Assembly (NCBI GenBank): GCA_963665235.2
Contig: CAXXLX010000001.1
Location: forward strand, 1,088,001 to 1,152,000
DNA from: Candidatus Poribacteria bacterium
GTDB taxonomy: Bacteria > Poribacteria > WGA-4E > WGA-3G
Reading direction: 5' to 3'
Length of the DNA stretch: 64,000 nt
Below, one piece after another: positions 39,277 through 48,461 of the stretch (position 1 is the stretch's first letter; every line of letters begins with the position of its first letter). A model generated the notes under the pieces. The model was not told where the DNA came from. It searched no databases and was given only the letters and a program-made list of their open reading frames with translations. Position numbers and translations under genes: made by a program.

Positions 39277-40497
39277 TTAAGCAGAACTTGCTTGTGCATC
39301 CGGTTTCCGCGAGAGGCTCCGCCCGGCAATCGCGTACGCACTGATTAGACCGACATAGATAATCGCACAACTGATTCCTGTGCTCCACACACTGTCCTGT
39401 TTAAAAATCAATCCCCATATTCCTGTGCCTAATATGTTGAAGAAGGAGATTGGGATGAAATATTTCCAACAGAGATTCATGAGCTGATCGACGCGTAGGC
39501 GCGGTAGTGTCCACCGCAACCACATCATCAAAAAGACAAGTGCTAACGTCTTGATAACGAAACCGGGAAACCCTGCAAGGAAGTGAAAGTCTACCCCCGG
39601 CAAAATACCACCCCAACCACCGAGGAAAAGCGTCACGCCAATGGCACTGACGGCGAACATATTTGCGTATTCCGCGATGAAGAAGAGCGCGAACCGCATG
39701 CCGCTGTACTCTGTGTGAAACCCGGCAACAATTTCGGACTCCGCCTCAGGTAAATCGAACGGGGTACGGTTAACCTCAGCGATAGACGAGATAAAGAAGA
39801 TAAAGAACGCAATGAAAGTAAACGGTGTCCGGAAAATCAACCAGTCAAAGATGCCGTTGCTCTGGTTTTGTACAATCTCCGCCATATTCAGGGTACCAAC
39901 TAACATGACAACGGTAAGAATAGCGAGCCCGAGCGGGATTTCATAGCTCACAATTTGTGCAGCGGAGCGGAGTGCACCTAATAACGACCATTTGCTGTTT
40001 GAAGACCAGCCCGCCATAATCACGCCCATGACAATCACAGAGGAAATCGCCATAATGTAGAAGATGCCGATGTTAAATTCGCTTACGAGGATGCCTTGTC
40101 CGAACGGAATTGCGGCGAAAACGGCGAAGGAACATGCAAAAATGATATACGGCGCAAGCAGGAAAAGAAGTCTATCCCCCTGCGGCGGAATGTAATCCTC
40201 TTTGAAGATGAGTTTTACGCCATCTGCTAACGTTTGGAGCGTGCCCCAAGGACCAACGCGCATCGGGCCGGTACGGTTCTGAAAACGGGCGGAGACTTTA
40301 CGTTCCGCAAGCACTAATACTAGAGGGAGCAACGGTACAACAGCAACGAAAATGCCGGCACATGCAAACATGACTAGCACCGTGCTGAGCTCCAGCGGGA
40401 AGTTTGGCAGAACATTCTGCGCAAACCTTTCCGCCCAATTTCCGGCGGTTCCATCCTGAACCTGCATAAAAAAACCACTAGGTAAAATATCGTTCAT
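39277..40497 (-). CDS. nuoH: NADH-quinone oxidoreductase subunit H
   Basis: ERKVSA..GP, ADGVKL, NRTPFDLPEAESE. Confidence 0.95.
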   Translation of the reverse strand: MNDILPSGFFMQVQDGTAGNWAERFAQNVLPNFPLELSTVLVMFACAGIFVAVVPLLPLVLVLAERKVSARFQNRTGPMRVGPWGTLQTLADGVKLIFKEDYIPPQGDRLLFLLAPYIIFACSFAVFAAIPFGQGILVSEFNIGIFYIMAISSVIVMGVIMAGWSSNSKWSLLGALRSAAQIVSYEIPLGLAILTVVMLVGTLNMAEIVQNQSNGIFDWLIFRTPFTFIAFFIFFISSIAEVNRTPFDLPEAESEIVAGFHTEYSGMRFALFFIAEYANMFAVSAIGVTLFLGGWGGILPGVDFHFLAGFPGFVIKTLALVFLMMWLRWTLPRLRVDQLMNLCWKYFIPISFFNILGTGIWGLIFKQDSVWSTGISCAIIYVGLISAYAIAGRSLSRKPDAQASSA

Positions 40498-40518
40498 GTG
40501 ACATCCTTATTAGAAAGA

Positions 40519-41721
40519 TTACCGGTCAACTTCTCCCATCACGATATCAATACTGCCGATAATAGCGATAATATCGGCGACCATCAAGCCTCGACTCAGT
40601 TCCTGTAACGCGCTTAATGCACTGAAACAGGGTGAACGGCCTTTGACACGTACCGGTTTCGGTGTGCCATCACTGACGATGTAAAATCCAAGTTCGCCGC
40701 GGGGGGCTTCACTCCGGAAATAGATTTCGCCTTTCGGCGGGCGGACCGCCTTCAAATCTGCCATGACGGGGCCATCTGGAAGGCCCTCAGCTAGAATCTG
40801 TCGGACTATCCGCACGGACTGTTTCATTTCATCCATGCGGACTTTGTACCGGCTCCAGCAGTCTCCAAGGACCGCGCCTAACTCCGGAATATCCTTTGCA
40901 ATAGGTACATCAAAGTCAAATCTGTCATAGATGGAATAAGGTTCGTCTCGCCGCAGATCCCAATCTACTCCGGAGCCGCGTATATTCGGTCCGGTTGCGC
41001 CGTAGCTAAGTGCCATCTCTGCTGACATGATAGCGACACCCATAGTTCGCTCAGCGAAAATGCTGTTTGATGTTAGCAGCTCGTTGTATTCATCAATCTT
41101 CGGCTCAAAATAGTCCAGAAATTCTGCAATTTCATCTAGAAAGCTCTGTTCCGTGAGGGAGCCCGGTTCCATGGGGATGATTTCAGAAACACCGCCGATA
41201 CGGATATAGTTATAGGTAAGCCTCGCGCCGCAGACCTTCTCAAAAAGGAGGAGAAGTTTCTCCCGGTCTCGGAAGGCATAGAGAAATGGGGTAAATGCCC
41301 CGATGTCCATTCCATAAGTTCCGAACGAGAGCAGATGGCTTGCGATTCGATTCAGTTCACAGATAAGCACTCGTAGGTATTCCGCCCGTTCTGGAACTGC
41401 AAATTCGCGTTTTTCATCTGCCTCGAGCAGTTTTTCGACGGCAAGGCAAAATCCCCAATTCTGGTTCATTGCAGCGACGTAATCCATCCGGTCGGTAAAC
41501 GGGATAATCTGAGGATAGGATAGGTTTTCCGAATGCTTTTCAAAACAGCGGTGAAGGTACCCGATGTGCGGAATCGCTTCTCGTACCACTTCACCATCTA
41601 GTTTCAATTCCAGCCGTAAAACCCCGTGTGTGCTCGGATGCTGGGGCCCCATGTTAACGACCATCTCATCGGCGAACGGTTTCAACTCTACAAATTTGCT
41701 TTCTGTTTGTTGTGCTTCCAT
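40519..41721 (-). CDS. nuoD: NADH-quinone oxidoreductase subunit D
   Basis: NMGPQHPSTHGVLRL, GYLHR, GEVDR. Confidence 0.96.
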   Translation of the reverse strand: MEAQQTESKFVELKPFADEMVVNMGPQHPSTHGVLRLELKLDGEVVREAIPHIGYLHRCFEKHSENLSYPQIIPFTDRMDYVAAMNQNWGFCLAVEKLLEADEKREFAVPERAEYLRVLICELNRIASHLLSFGTYGMDIGAFTPFLYAFRDREKLLLLFEKVCGARLTYNYIRIGGVSEIIPMEPGSLTEQSFLDEIAEFLDYFEPKIDEYNELLTSNSIFAERTMGVAIMSAEMALSYGATGPNIRGSGVDWDLRRDEPYSIYDRFDFDVPIAKDIPELGAVLGDCWSRYKVRMDEMKQSVRIVRQILAEGLPDGPVMADLKAVRPPKGEIYFRSEAPRGELGFYIVSDGTPKPVRVKGRSPCFSALSALQELSRGLMVADIIAIIGSIDIVMGEVDR

Positions 41722-41774
41722 AGCATAGGCTCTAAAAAGATTAATGTGTTCGGTATGATGTTTAATAATACTTT

Positions 41775-42140
41775 TTTTTCAATCTGCTGTCAAGTCGCGA
41801 GCACAGCTCGCTCCTACAGAAGAGGTTTGCTGATTTTTCAATCTGCTGTCAAGTCGCGAGCACAGCTCGCTCCTACAGAAGAGGTTTGCTGATTTTTCAA
41901 TCTGCTGTCAAGTCGCGAGCACAGCTCGCTCCTACAGAGGAGGTTTACTGAACAACTGGCGAAAATATAGTCGCGAGTCCAGCTTGCTCCTACAGAGGAG
42001 TTTTGCTGAACAACTGGCGAAAATATAGTCGCGAGTCCAGCTTGCTCCTACAGAGGAGGTTTGCTGATTTTTCAATCTGCTGTCAAGTCGCGTGCACAGC
42101 ACGCTCCTACAGAGGAGGTTTGCTGATTTTTCAATCTGTT
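41775..42140. repeat. Tandem array of six ~58-bp GTAG-REP units between nuoC and nuoD
   Basis: GTCGCGAGCACAGCTCGCTCCTACAG core, two linker types. Confidence 0.9.
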
Positions 42141-42154
42141 GTGAGGAATAGCAG

Positions 42155-42640
42155 CTAATACGGGACCTGCATTCCACGGTATAATTCCGGCTCCTTGTAA
42201 TCCTTACGTAGCGGATATCCTTCCCAATCATCGGGGAGTAGGATGCGGCGGAGGTCGCTGTGTCCCTCAAATACAATTCCGTAAAGGTCAAAAGTTTCTC
42301 GTTCGTGCCAATTTGCGGTTTTCCAGATATGTTCGACAGTCGGAAGCCGCGGGTCCGTTTTGGAAACAAGGGTTTTGATAACGACCTTGGAGCGGTGTTG
42401 CATAGAGTAGAGATGATAGACGACTTCAAAATTCTCCTCTTTTGTGCCGAGGTCAACCCCGCTCAGACACATTAGGGAATCGAACGCCAATGTATCGGTT
42501 TCGGCGAGATATATGCACACCTCGGCGACTGCCGAAGCGGCGATGCTGATGTTCGGGTCGCCAGCCTGTTCCGTGTCAAAACTGAGAACGGCTTCACCAA
42601 ACTGCTCGGCAAGTGTCTGATAAATCGCTTCGAGGTTCAC
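42155..42640 (-). CDS. nuoC: NADH-quinone oxidoreductase subunit C
   Basis: ANWHERETFDLYGI, LRRILLPDDWEGYPLRKDY. Confidence 0.95.
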   Translation of the reverse strand: MNLEAIYQTLAEQFGEAVLSFDTEQAGDPNISIAASAVAEVCIYLAETDTLAFDSLMCLSGVDLGTKEENFEVVYHLYSMQHRSKVVIKTLVSKTDPRLPTVEHIWKTANWHERETFDLYGIVFEGHSDLRRILLPDDWEGYPLRKDYKEPELYRGMQVPY

Positions 42641-42666
42641 GTTCTTATTTACTCCTTATCTGTCCG

Positions 42667-43269
42667 CTATTCGCTGGGTTGTGCTGTTTCTTCTGCTGCT
42701 TCTTCCGCTGCTTCCGCTTCAGCCTCGGCTGCTTCCTTCTCATACCATTCCGTTTTTGTAAGAAGCTTTTTCAGAAACGGAACATGGGCGCGTTTTGCAA
42801 CGGTTTGCGTTTTAATCTTTTCCTGCAATTTGAGCAGCCCTTCAATGAGTGCTTCCGGACGCGGCGGACAACCCGGGACATAAACGTCAACGGGAATGAT
42901 TCTATCGACCCCTTTGAGGACATGATAACCGTGCTGCCAATAGGGGCCTCCACTGGTTGCACAGCTGCCCATTGAAATGACGTACTTCGGTTCAGGCATC
43001 TGTTCATAGAGTCGCTTAATGCGGGTTGCCATTTTTAGTGTCACTGTGCCGGAGATAACCATCAAGTCAGATTGGCGTGGTGTTGCTCTGGGTACCCCCG
43101 CTCCAAAGCGATCTAAGTCGTAGTTAGATGCGGCTGTTGCCATAAATTCGATTGCGCAGCATGCAAGCCCAAAAGTCATGGGCCAGAGTGCGGAGGCGCG
43201 TGCCCAATTTGCGACTGCGTCAATGGAGGTAACAATAACATTTTTGTCAAGTTTCTCATCAATTATCAT
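42667..43269 (-). CDS. nuoB: NADH-quinone oxidoreductase subunit B
   Basis: [22 protein letters not shown]. Confidence 0.96.
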   Translation of the reverse strand: MIIDEKLDKNVIVTSIDAVANWARASALWPMTFGLACCAIEFMATAASNYDLDRFGAGVPRATPRQSDLMVISGTVTLKMATRIKRLYEQMPEPKYVISMGSCATSGGPYWQHGYHVLKGVDRIIPVDVYVPGCPPRPEALIEGLLKLQEKIKTQTVAKRAHVPFLKKLLTKTEWYEKEAAEAEAEAAEEAAEETAQPSE

Positions 43270-43670
43270 GCACTTTCCTCCCTTCGGAGGGATTGCACGG
43301 CTTGTTGTGTGCCTCTAATCCACTCCAGGTCGCCTTTTGCCCAGACGTAGGCAAGGCCGATTAGTAAGATAGCGATGAAGACAAGCATCTCTACAAAAGC
43401 AAAGAGTCCTAGGCTCCGGAAGACGACCGCCCATGGAAAAAGGAACACGACTTCCACGTCGAAGATTAAGAAGATGAGTGCGATGACGTAAAAGCGCGTA
43501 TTAAACTTAATTCGCGTGTCCCCGATTGGGTCTTCGCCGCATTCATAAGGGATGTATTTTTCGCCTGAGAACAGTTTCGTATGCAGCAGACGAGAAATTG
43601 TCAAGTTTAGTACGACAAATAAACATCCGACGACTAAAAAAATGAGTACGTTGGCAAAGTGAAAAATCAT
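43266..43670 (-). CDS. nuoA: NADH-quinone oxidoreductase subunit A
   Basis: PYECG, FLIFDVE, KGDLEW. Confidence 0.95.
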   Translation of the reverse strand: MIFHFANVLIFLVVGCLFVVLNLTISRLLHTKLFSGEKYIPYECGEDPIGDTRIKFNTRFYVIALIFLIFDVEVVFLFPWAVVFRSLGLFAFVEMLVFIAILLIGLAYVWAKGDLEWIRGTQQAVQSLRREESA

Positions 43671-43741
43671 AATACCATCCTAAAAAACTGAAGTTGCATG
43701 TGTCTTGCTCTTGGCGTGGCATCTTTAAATAACTCACTATC

Positions 43742-43770
43742 ATTATATACCAAATTGCATGTATTTGCAA
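43742..43770 (-). promoter_or_regulatory. nuo operon promoter TTGCAA-N17-TATAAT
   Basis: Minus-strand hexamers ~70 bp upstream of nuoA. Confidence 0.6.
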
Positions 43771-43953
43771 GAAAAAAAGTGTCAACTCACGAATTTCCGC
43801 AGGTTGGACTCACGAATTTCCGCAGGTCAAAAAAGCGTTCCCTCCGCAATTTTCATCTCGGCACAGCATTTCCTCTATTTTTTTCTTGCAATGCATCTTG
43901 AATTTTGTGATAATGTATCAGAATAGAAACGATTAGGTTGAAAGGAGCAGGAA

Positions 43954-44724
43954 ATGCTAAGATGTGATTACCACATTCATACGCAACTTTCCGGATGTGC
44001 GGACAACGCGTTGAGTATAGAGAAAATTATTCAATTTCAACAAGAACAAGGTATTGAAGTCATCGGCATAACTGACCACGACTACAGTTATCAAGCCGAA
44101 GTTAAAACGATTCAAGCTGCACAACAGGCGATTAAGGCAGCGGCACCTTCAATTGAGGTGTACTTCGGTGTAGAGGCACAGATGCTAGAATATCAGGCTA
44201 CGTCTATTAACATTCGTCTGGCATCGTATTTTGATTACGTCTTGATGGCTCCCAATCACTATCATCTGCGGGGGGTAGCACAACCTCGGAGTTTTTTTGA
44301 CCCTCGGCAGGTTGCACTTCACGAAATCTATATGTTTGAGGCAGCGGTTGCATGCCCAATTACCGATGCAATTGTCCATCCGTTCCTCCTCTCCCCCGAA
44401 GTTTTCCAATTTTCTAATGAGGAACTCGCTGCCTTTGGACAGGAGATGATGCAGAACATTGAAGAGAAACGTTTAATTTATCAACTCGACCTCGTCTCGC
44501 AGCGCGGCCTCGGCATTGAAATTAGCCCTAAGATGGTTCGTTACAATCAACTACATCTCACCGAATTTTATCAACGTTGCTTGGACCGTGATGTAAAACT
44601 TCTCATCGGGAGCGATGCCCATAGCGTAAAGCAGTTGGCGGAGCTATCGCTGCTATCCCCTATTCTAGAAGAATTGGGTGTTACAGAAGAACATCTCTGG
44701 CATCCGAATAGCCCCTCCCTTTAG
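43954..44724 (+). CDS. PHP-domain phosphoesterase
   Basis: DYHIHT, ITDH, VHP, GSDAH. Confidence 0.85.
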   Translation: MLRCDYHIHTQLSGCADNALSIEKIIQFQQEQGIEVIGITDHDYSYQAEVKTIQAAQQAIKAAAPSIEVYFGVEAQMLEYQATSINIRLASYFDYVLMAPNHYHLRGVAQPRSFFDPRQVALHEIYMFEAAVACPITDAIVHPFLLSPEVFQFSNEELAAFGQEMMQNIEEKRLIYQLDLVSQRGLGIEISPKMVRYNQLHLTEFYQRCLDRDVKLLIGSDAHSVKQLAELSLLSPILEELGVTEEHLWHPNSPSL

Positions 44725-44769
44725 CATCCATTGGTCAAAATGGTTGCAGCACGCAGCACTATTCCGAAT

Positions 44770-45513
44770 CTATTTTAGGGTTAGCGAAATAGTGTTGGAT
44801 GAGAGCAACGTTTTGCCCCGCCGCGACTTGATAGGCAGATAAATACCTTGGAGTTTGTCCTTATATTTCTCCTGAATGTATTTAATCTGCTCTTGGGTAT
44901 CGCCAATCGCTTCTTTTTTGACTTCCGGTGTGAACCGTGCATCCTTACTATTTTTAATGTTCTGAATTTCGCGTTCCAACTCAATGACCTGCGGATGTTG
45001 GTCCGGCAAAGATTCCCGGTAGACCTCTAATTCAATATTAACCGCTACCGTGTATTTTCCTGGGGGCAGCTGATAATGCTGCTGCATGTCTTCCAATGAA
45101 ACAACCTGTATCGCGTCTGCCTTCATTTCAAATCCGAGAATACATCGGACATTTTTTCCGTTGTGGAAGAGGTTTTTGAGGGTATTTTCCCGCTTAATTG
45201 TACGTTTGGGTTTGATAACGTCACCGTTCGCATTTTCCACCGTGAGTCCAATAAAAGCAGTTTGCGCAGCAACGTTGGAAAACGGCACAAGGAGCTCGAA
45301 TTTACCGTTCTGAATTTTAAGTTCAAGTGGAACGGCTTCTTGGGCTGAATAACTCGGATTGGGTGTAGAGAGCTGAAGCTCTGCAAGGGTACTCGGTGCC
45401 GCTGTTTCCGAAGAATCGGTTGGCTCCTCAACCGACTGTGTTGTTTGCATGCTTCCAAGGCACCCACACAAATTAATAATTAGAAAAAGGTAAAAAAGTG
45501 TAAATCGTTTCAT
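44770..45513 (-). CDS. Hypothetical lipoprotein
   Basis: LCGC lipobox. Confidence 0.65.
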   Translation of the reverse strand: MKRFTLFYLFLIINLCGCLGSMQTTQSVEEPTDSSETAAPSTLAELQLSTPNPSYSAQEAVPLELKIQNGKFELLVPFSNVAAQTAFIGLTVENANGDVIKPKRTIKRENTLKNLFHNGKNVRCILGFEMKADAIQVVSLEDMQQHYQLPPGKYTVAVNIELEVYRESLPDQHPQVIELEREIQNIKNSKDARFTPEVKKEAIGDTQEQIKYIQEKYKDKLQGIYLPIKSRRGKTLLSSNTISLTLK

Positions 45514-45767
45514 CGTAATTCGCAGTTTGGAAATCCAAACCGCCCTCCTAAAAGTTGTTTATATGTCATTGGCAATTAGCAATTGGCGATTGGCAGAAAG
45601 GAGAAATAGATGAAAATCTGCGATTTTCATTATTTTCTCTCCTGGCAAGATGTTGTGATTCTAAGCAGGTTTCTGACGCGCGTGCATCTACCTCTTCCTC
45701 TTGCCAACGGTTTCCAAATAAAAGGGAAACATAGCGGGCGAGGTGACCTCGCCCCTACGAGCCTAGA

Positions 45768-46898
45768 CTACGGGAAAAAATCGCGTGTCTTCAATTTTCC
45801 GTGTAAGTCCTGTGGGAATTCAAGCGACACGCCAAAGCCCGCTTCGGTGGGTACTTCAATAAACCCCTCGACAATTCGTTCAGGCGGCGTAAGGAGGGTA
45901 CCGCGCCACTCTACTTCCCCCCAGGCGTATTCAAGGATTGCAAAGTTTGGTATACTCGCCACACACTGTACACTCGCCGCGGTGGCAACAGGCCCACTCG
46001 GGTTGTGTGGCGTTACCGCAATATTCACCGATGCAGCCAGCCCGGCTATCTTTTTCAATCCCAATAATCCCCCGACGTGTTTAACATCCGGCAGGATATA
46101 GTCAACCTGCCCCTGGTTCAGCAGTCTATGGAAATCTACGAGAGTACGCAACTGTTCGCCTGTTGCAATTGGCATAGACGTAGATTGACTCACATGTGCA
46201 AGGGCAGCTAAGTCTGTCAATGGCACCGGGTCTTCAATCCAGAACAGCTGTAGGTCATCCAATTCCTTAGCTGTCTGAATGATAAGTCCCGGGTTAAAAC
46301 GGCTGTGACAATCTACCATGAGGTCAATATCGGGTCCAATTGCGGCACGAATGGCGCGAATCCGTTCTATACCAAGTCGAATAGCAGGCGTGAGCGTGCC
46401 TTTTGAGATATTCTTGACAGAGACATCGTCAAAAGGGGCACATTTTATTGCAGTAAATCCCTCTGCGACCGCCTGCTCGGCATTTCGGGCAAAGCCGAGC
46501 GGGCTCCTATCGGTTGTTGCACGGTTGATATTCGCATAAAGCCGGACCTTTTCACGACATTTGCCCCCTAACAATTGATAACTCGGAATTTTTAACGTTT
46601 TACCCGCTAAATCCCACATGGCCTGTTCAATTCCGCTGATTGCGGTATGATAGGCGTGCCCTTCCGATTCTCGGTAAAAACGCTGGCGAAATGCCTCTAA
46701 CTGCAACACATTCCATCCGATAAGCGAGGGGGCAAAGGTGCGAATCAGTTCCATGATACGTTCATCATCGCCGCCATGTGACGCTTCACCGATTCCAATC
46801 GTTCCATCCTCGGCATGGAGCTTGACGAAAAGCCAACCGCCTCTATGATTGACATCAATTTTTATCACCTCTATCGCTTTAATGTCTATCGCTTGCAT
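45768..46898 (-). CDS. Mandelate racemase/muconate lactonizing family enzyme (galactonate dehydratase-like)
   Basis: GIEQAMWDLAGK, DCH, WIEDP, ATGE, PHNPSGP. Confidence 0.88.
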   Translation of the reverse strand: MQAIDIKAIEVIKIDVNHRGGWLFVKLHAEDGTIGIGEASHGGDDERIMELIRTFAPSLIGWNVLQLEAFRQRFYRESEGHAYHTAISGIEQAMWDLAGKTLKIPSYQLLGGKCREKVRLYANINRATTDRSPLGFARNAEQAVAEGFTAIKCAPFDDVSVKNISKGTLTPAIRLGIERIRAIRAAIGPDIDLMVDCHSRFNPGLIIQTAKELDDLQLFWIEDPVPLTDLAALAHVSQSTSMPIATGEQLRTLVDFHRLLNQGQVDYILPDVKHVGGLLGLKKIAGLAASVNIAVTPHNPSGPVATAASVQCVASIPNFAILEYAWGEVEWRGTLLTPPERIVEGFIEVPTEAGFGVSLEFPQDLHGKLKTRDFFP

Positions 46899-46952
46899 TT
46901 TATGTGTCCCTTAATATTACGACGCGGCACGGAATTCACGCGCAATTTGTCT

Positions 46953-47600
46953 TTATGACGCTGATGCCCATTTTACCGCTTGTGTGATGAATTTCTGCAT
47001 AGCGGGCCGTTCAAAGGTGCCAGGGCCATGCCCTAACGTTGTGTAAAAGACGCGCCCTGAACCGTAGGGTTTAGCCCACGCCATCGGGTGTGCTTTCCCG
47101 AACCATTCCGCTGTTGCCAACACATGGATATGCGGGTCATGCGCGGAGATATAGATTTCATCCTCTACGTCAAAATCGGCAACGCCTTGAGTTGTCGGAT
47201 GGTCATGGTCTTCGATACGCACAGTGAACGTTGAGCCCGGCGGGTGCCAGTTCGCATGTCCGCCGATAAGGTCAACAGCACGCCCACCAATCCACCATGC
47301 AGTGCCGTGAATGCCGACTAAACCTTTGCCATCATGGACAAATTGGAACAAGCCATCTTCTTCCGCCGATGTTAAATCCGCGACGCGTGCGACGGTCCCA
47401 TCTTCCTGCCGCTCCGAGCGGGTAAAGCCGGTGCCAAAGACACAGGCATCGTAGGCATCCAGCTCATCGGACGCTAAAATCTCTTTATCTTCGGTTAATG
47501 TCACTGTAAGGTTTGTATCTGCAGCGAGAAAACTGTGAATGACACTAGCACTCGCATTAAAACGGTGGTTTTCGCCAGATAGCACGAGAACTTTTGACAC
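46953..47600 (-). CDS. ThuA-like domain protein
   Basis: GKGLVGIH, DEIY, GRVFYTTLGH; GTG start after AAGGAGG. Confidence 0.82.
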   Translation of the reverse strand: MSKVLVLSGENHRFNASASVIHSFLAADTNLTVTLTEDKEILASDELDAYDACVFGTGFTRSERQEDGTVARVADLTSAEEDGLFQFVHDGKGLVGIHGTAWWIGGRAVDLIGGHANWHPPGSTFTVRIEDHDHPTTQGVADFDVEDEIYISAHDPHIHVLATAEWFGKAHPMAWAKPYGSGRVFYTTLGHGPGTFERPAMQKFITQAVKWASAS

Positions 47601-48120
47601 AATTTGCCTCCTTAATAACATGGCACAAGTGCCGTTGTTATGCTGAAAAATAAAATTTGAATTGCACTTTAACGCTCAAAAGATAGTATAATTGAAAAGC
47701 GAAAGTGTGTCAATAGGTGTGTAAAGTTTTTGTACAAAACCGGTGGAAATGTTACACTTTTGACACAAAGTGTAACTTTTGGTTTTCGGTTTTGAATGTG
47801 CCTGAACGCACGCCGCGTCTATGTTTTCAAGCGTTTTTGCCCTCTCTTTTTCGCGACACAAAAAAAACGTGTTGTGTCATTTCGGCTGACGATTTCGGTT
47901 ATCAGTCCTGCCTACTTTTCTTATCGTTCTGCCTGCTACTTTTTGGTGCTGTTCCGGTGGAAATGTTACACTTTTGACACACGCTATCGATGTCTGGTCA
48001 GGTGAGTTGCAAACCGTGCCGCTTCCCTCTCAAAAATGTTTTGGTTTTCTGTTATGTTATACCATTTTTATTAATTATCCTATCATTACCGGTCGTTAGA
48101 AATGAAACGGAGAACGGAAG

Positions 48121-48296
48121 ACACAAACTGGAAGTTTATGCTACAAGACCGCACAAACTGGAAGTTTATGCTACAAGACCGCACAAACTGGAAGTTTATG
48201 CTACAAGACCGCACAAACTGGAAGTTTATGCTACAAGACCGCACAAACTGGAAGTTTATGCTACAAGACCGCACAAACTGGAAGTTTATGCTACAA
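48121..48296. repeat. Six tandem 30-bp REP-like units
   Basis: GCACAAACTGGAAGTTTATGCTACAAGACC; bracketed by ATACCATTT/AAATGGTAT inverted repeats (48059-48326). Confidence 0.92.
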
Positions 48297-48461
48297 TAAA
48301 GAGACATTTCCAATTAGAAATGGTATTAGTTGCGAACTGTTTGATTTTTCTTCATAAAAAATATCATTGGCGCATTGGCGATTAGCGAGTGGCGATTGGC
48401 AATTTGGCAAGAGGTTAGAACAAACGGACATTTATTATCAAGCTCGCGTAGGAATAAAAAG

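Noticed and set aside
41626-42456. ORFs across the nuoC-nuoD gap
   Set aside because: Derived from REP units or alternative frames of nuoC
47990-48385. ORFs with HKLEVYATRP or related repeats
   Set aside because: Translation of the 30-bp REP array; open in several frames
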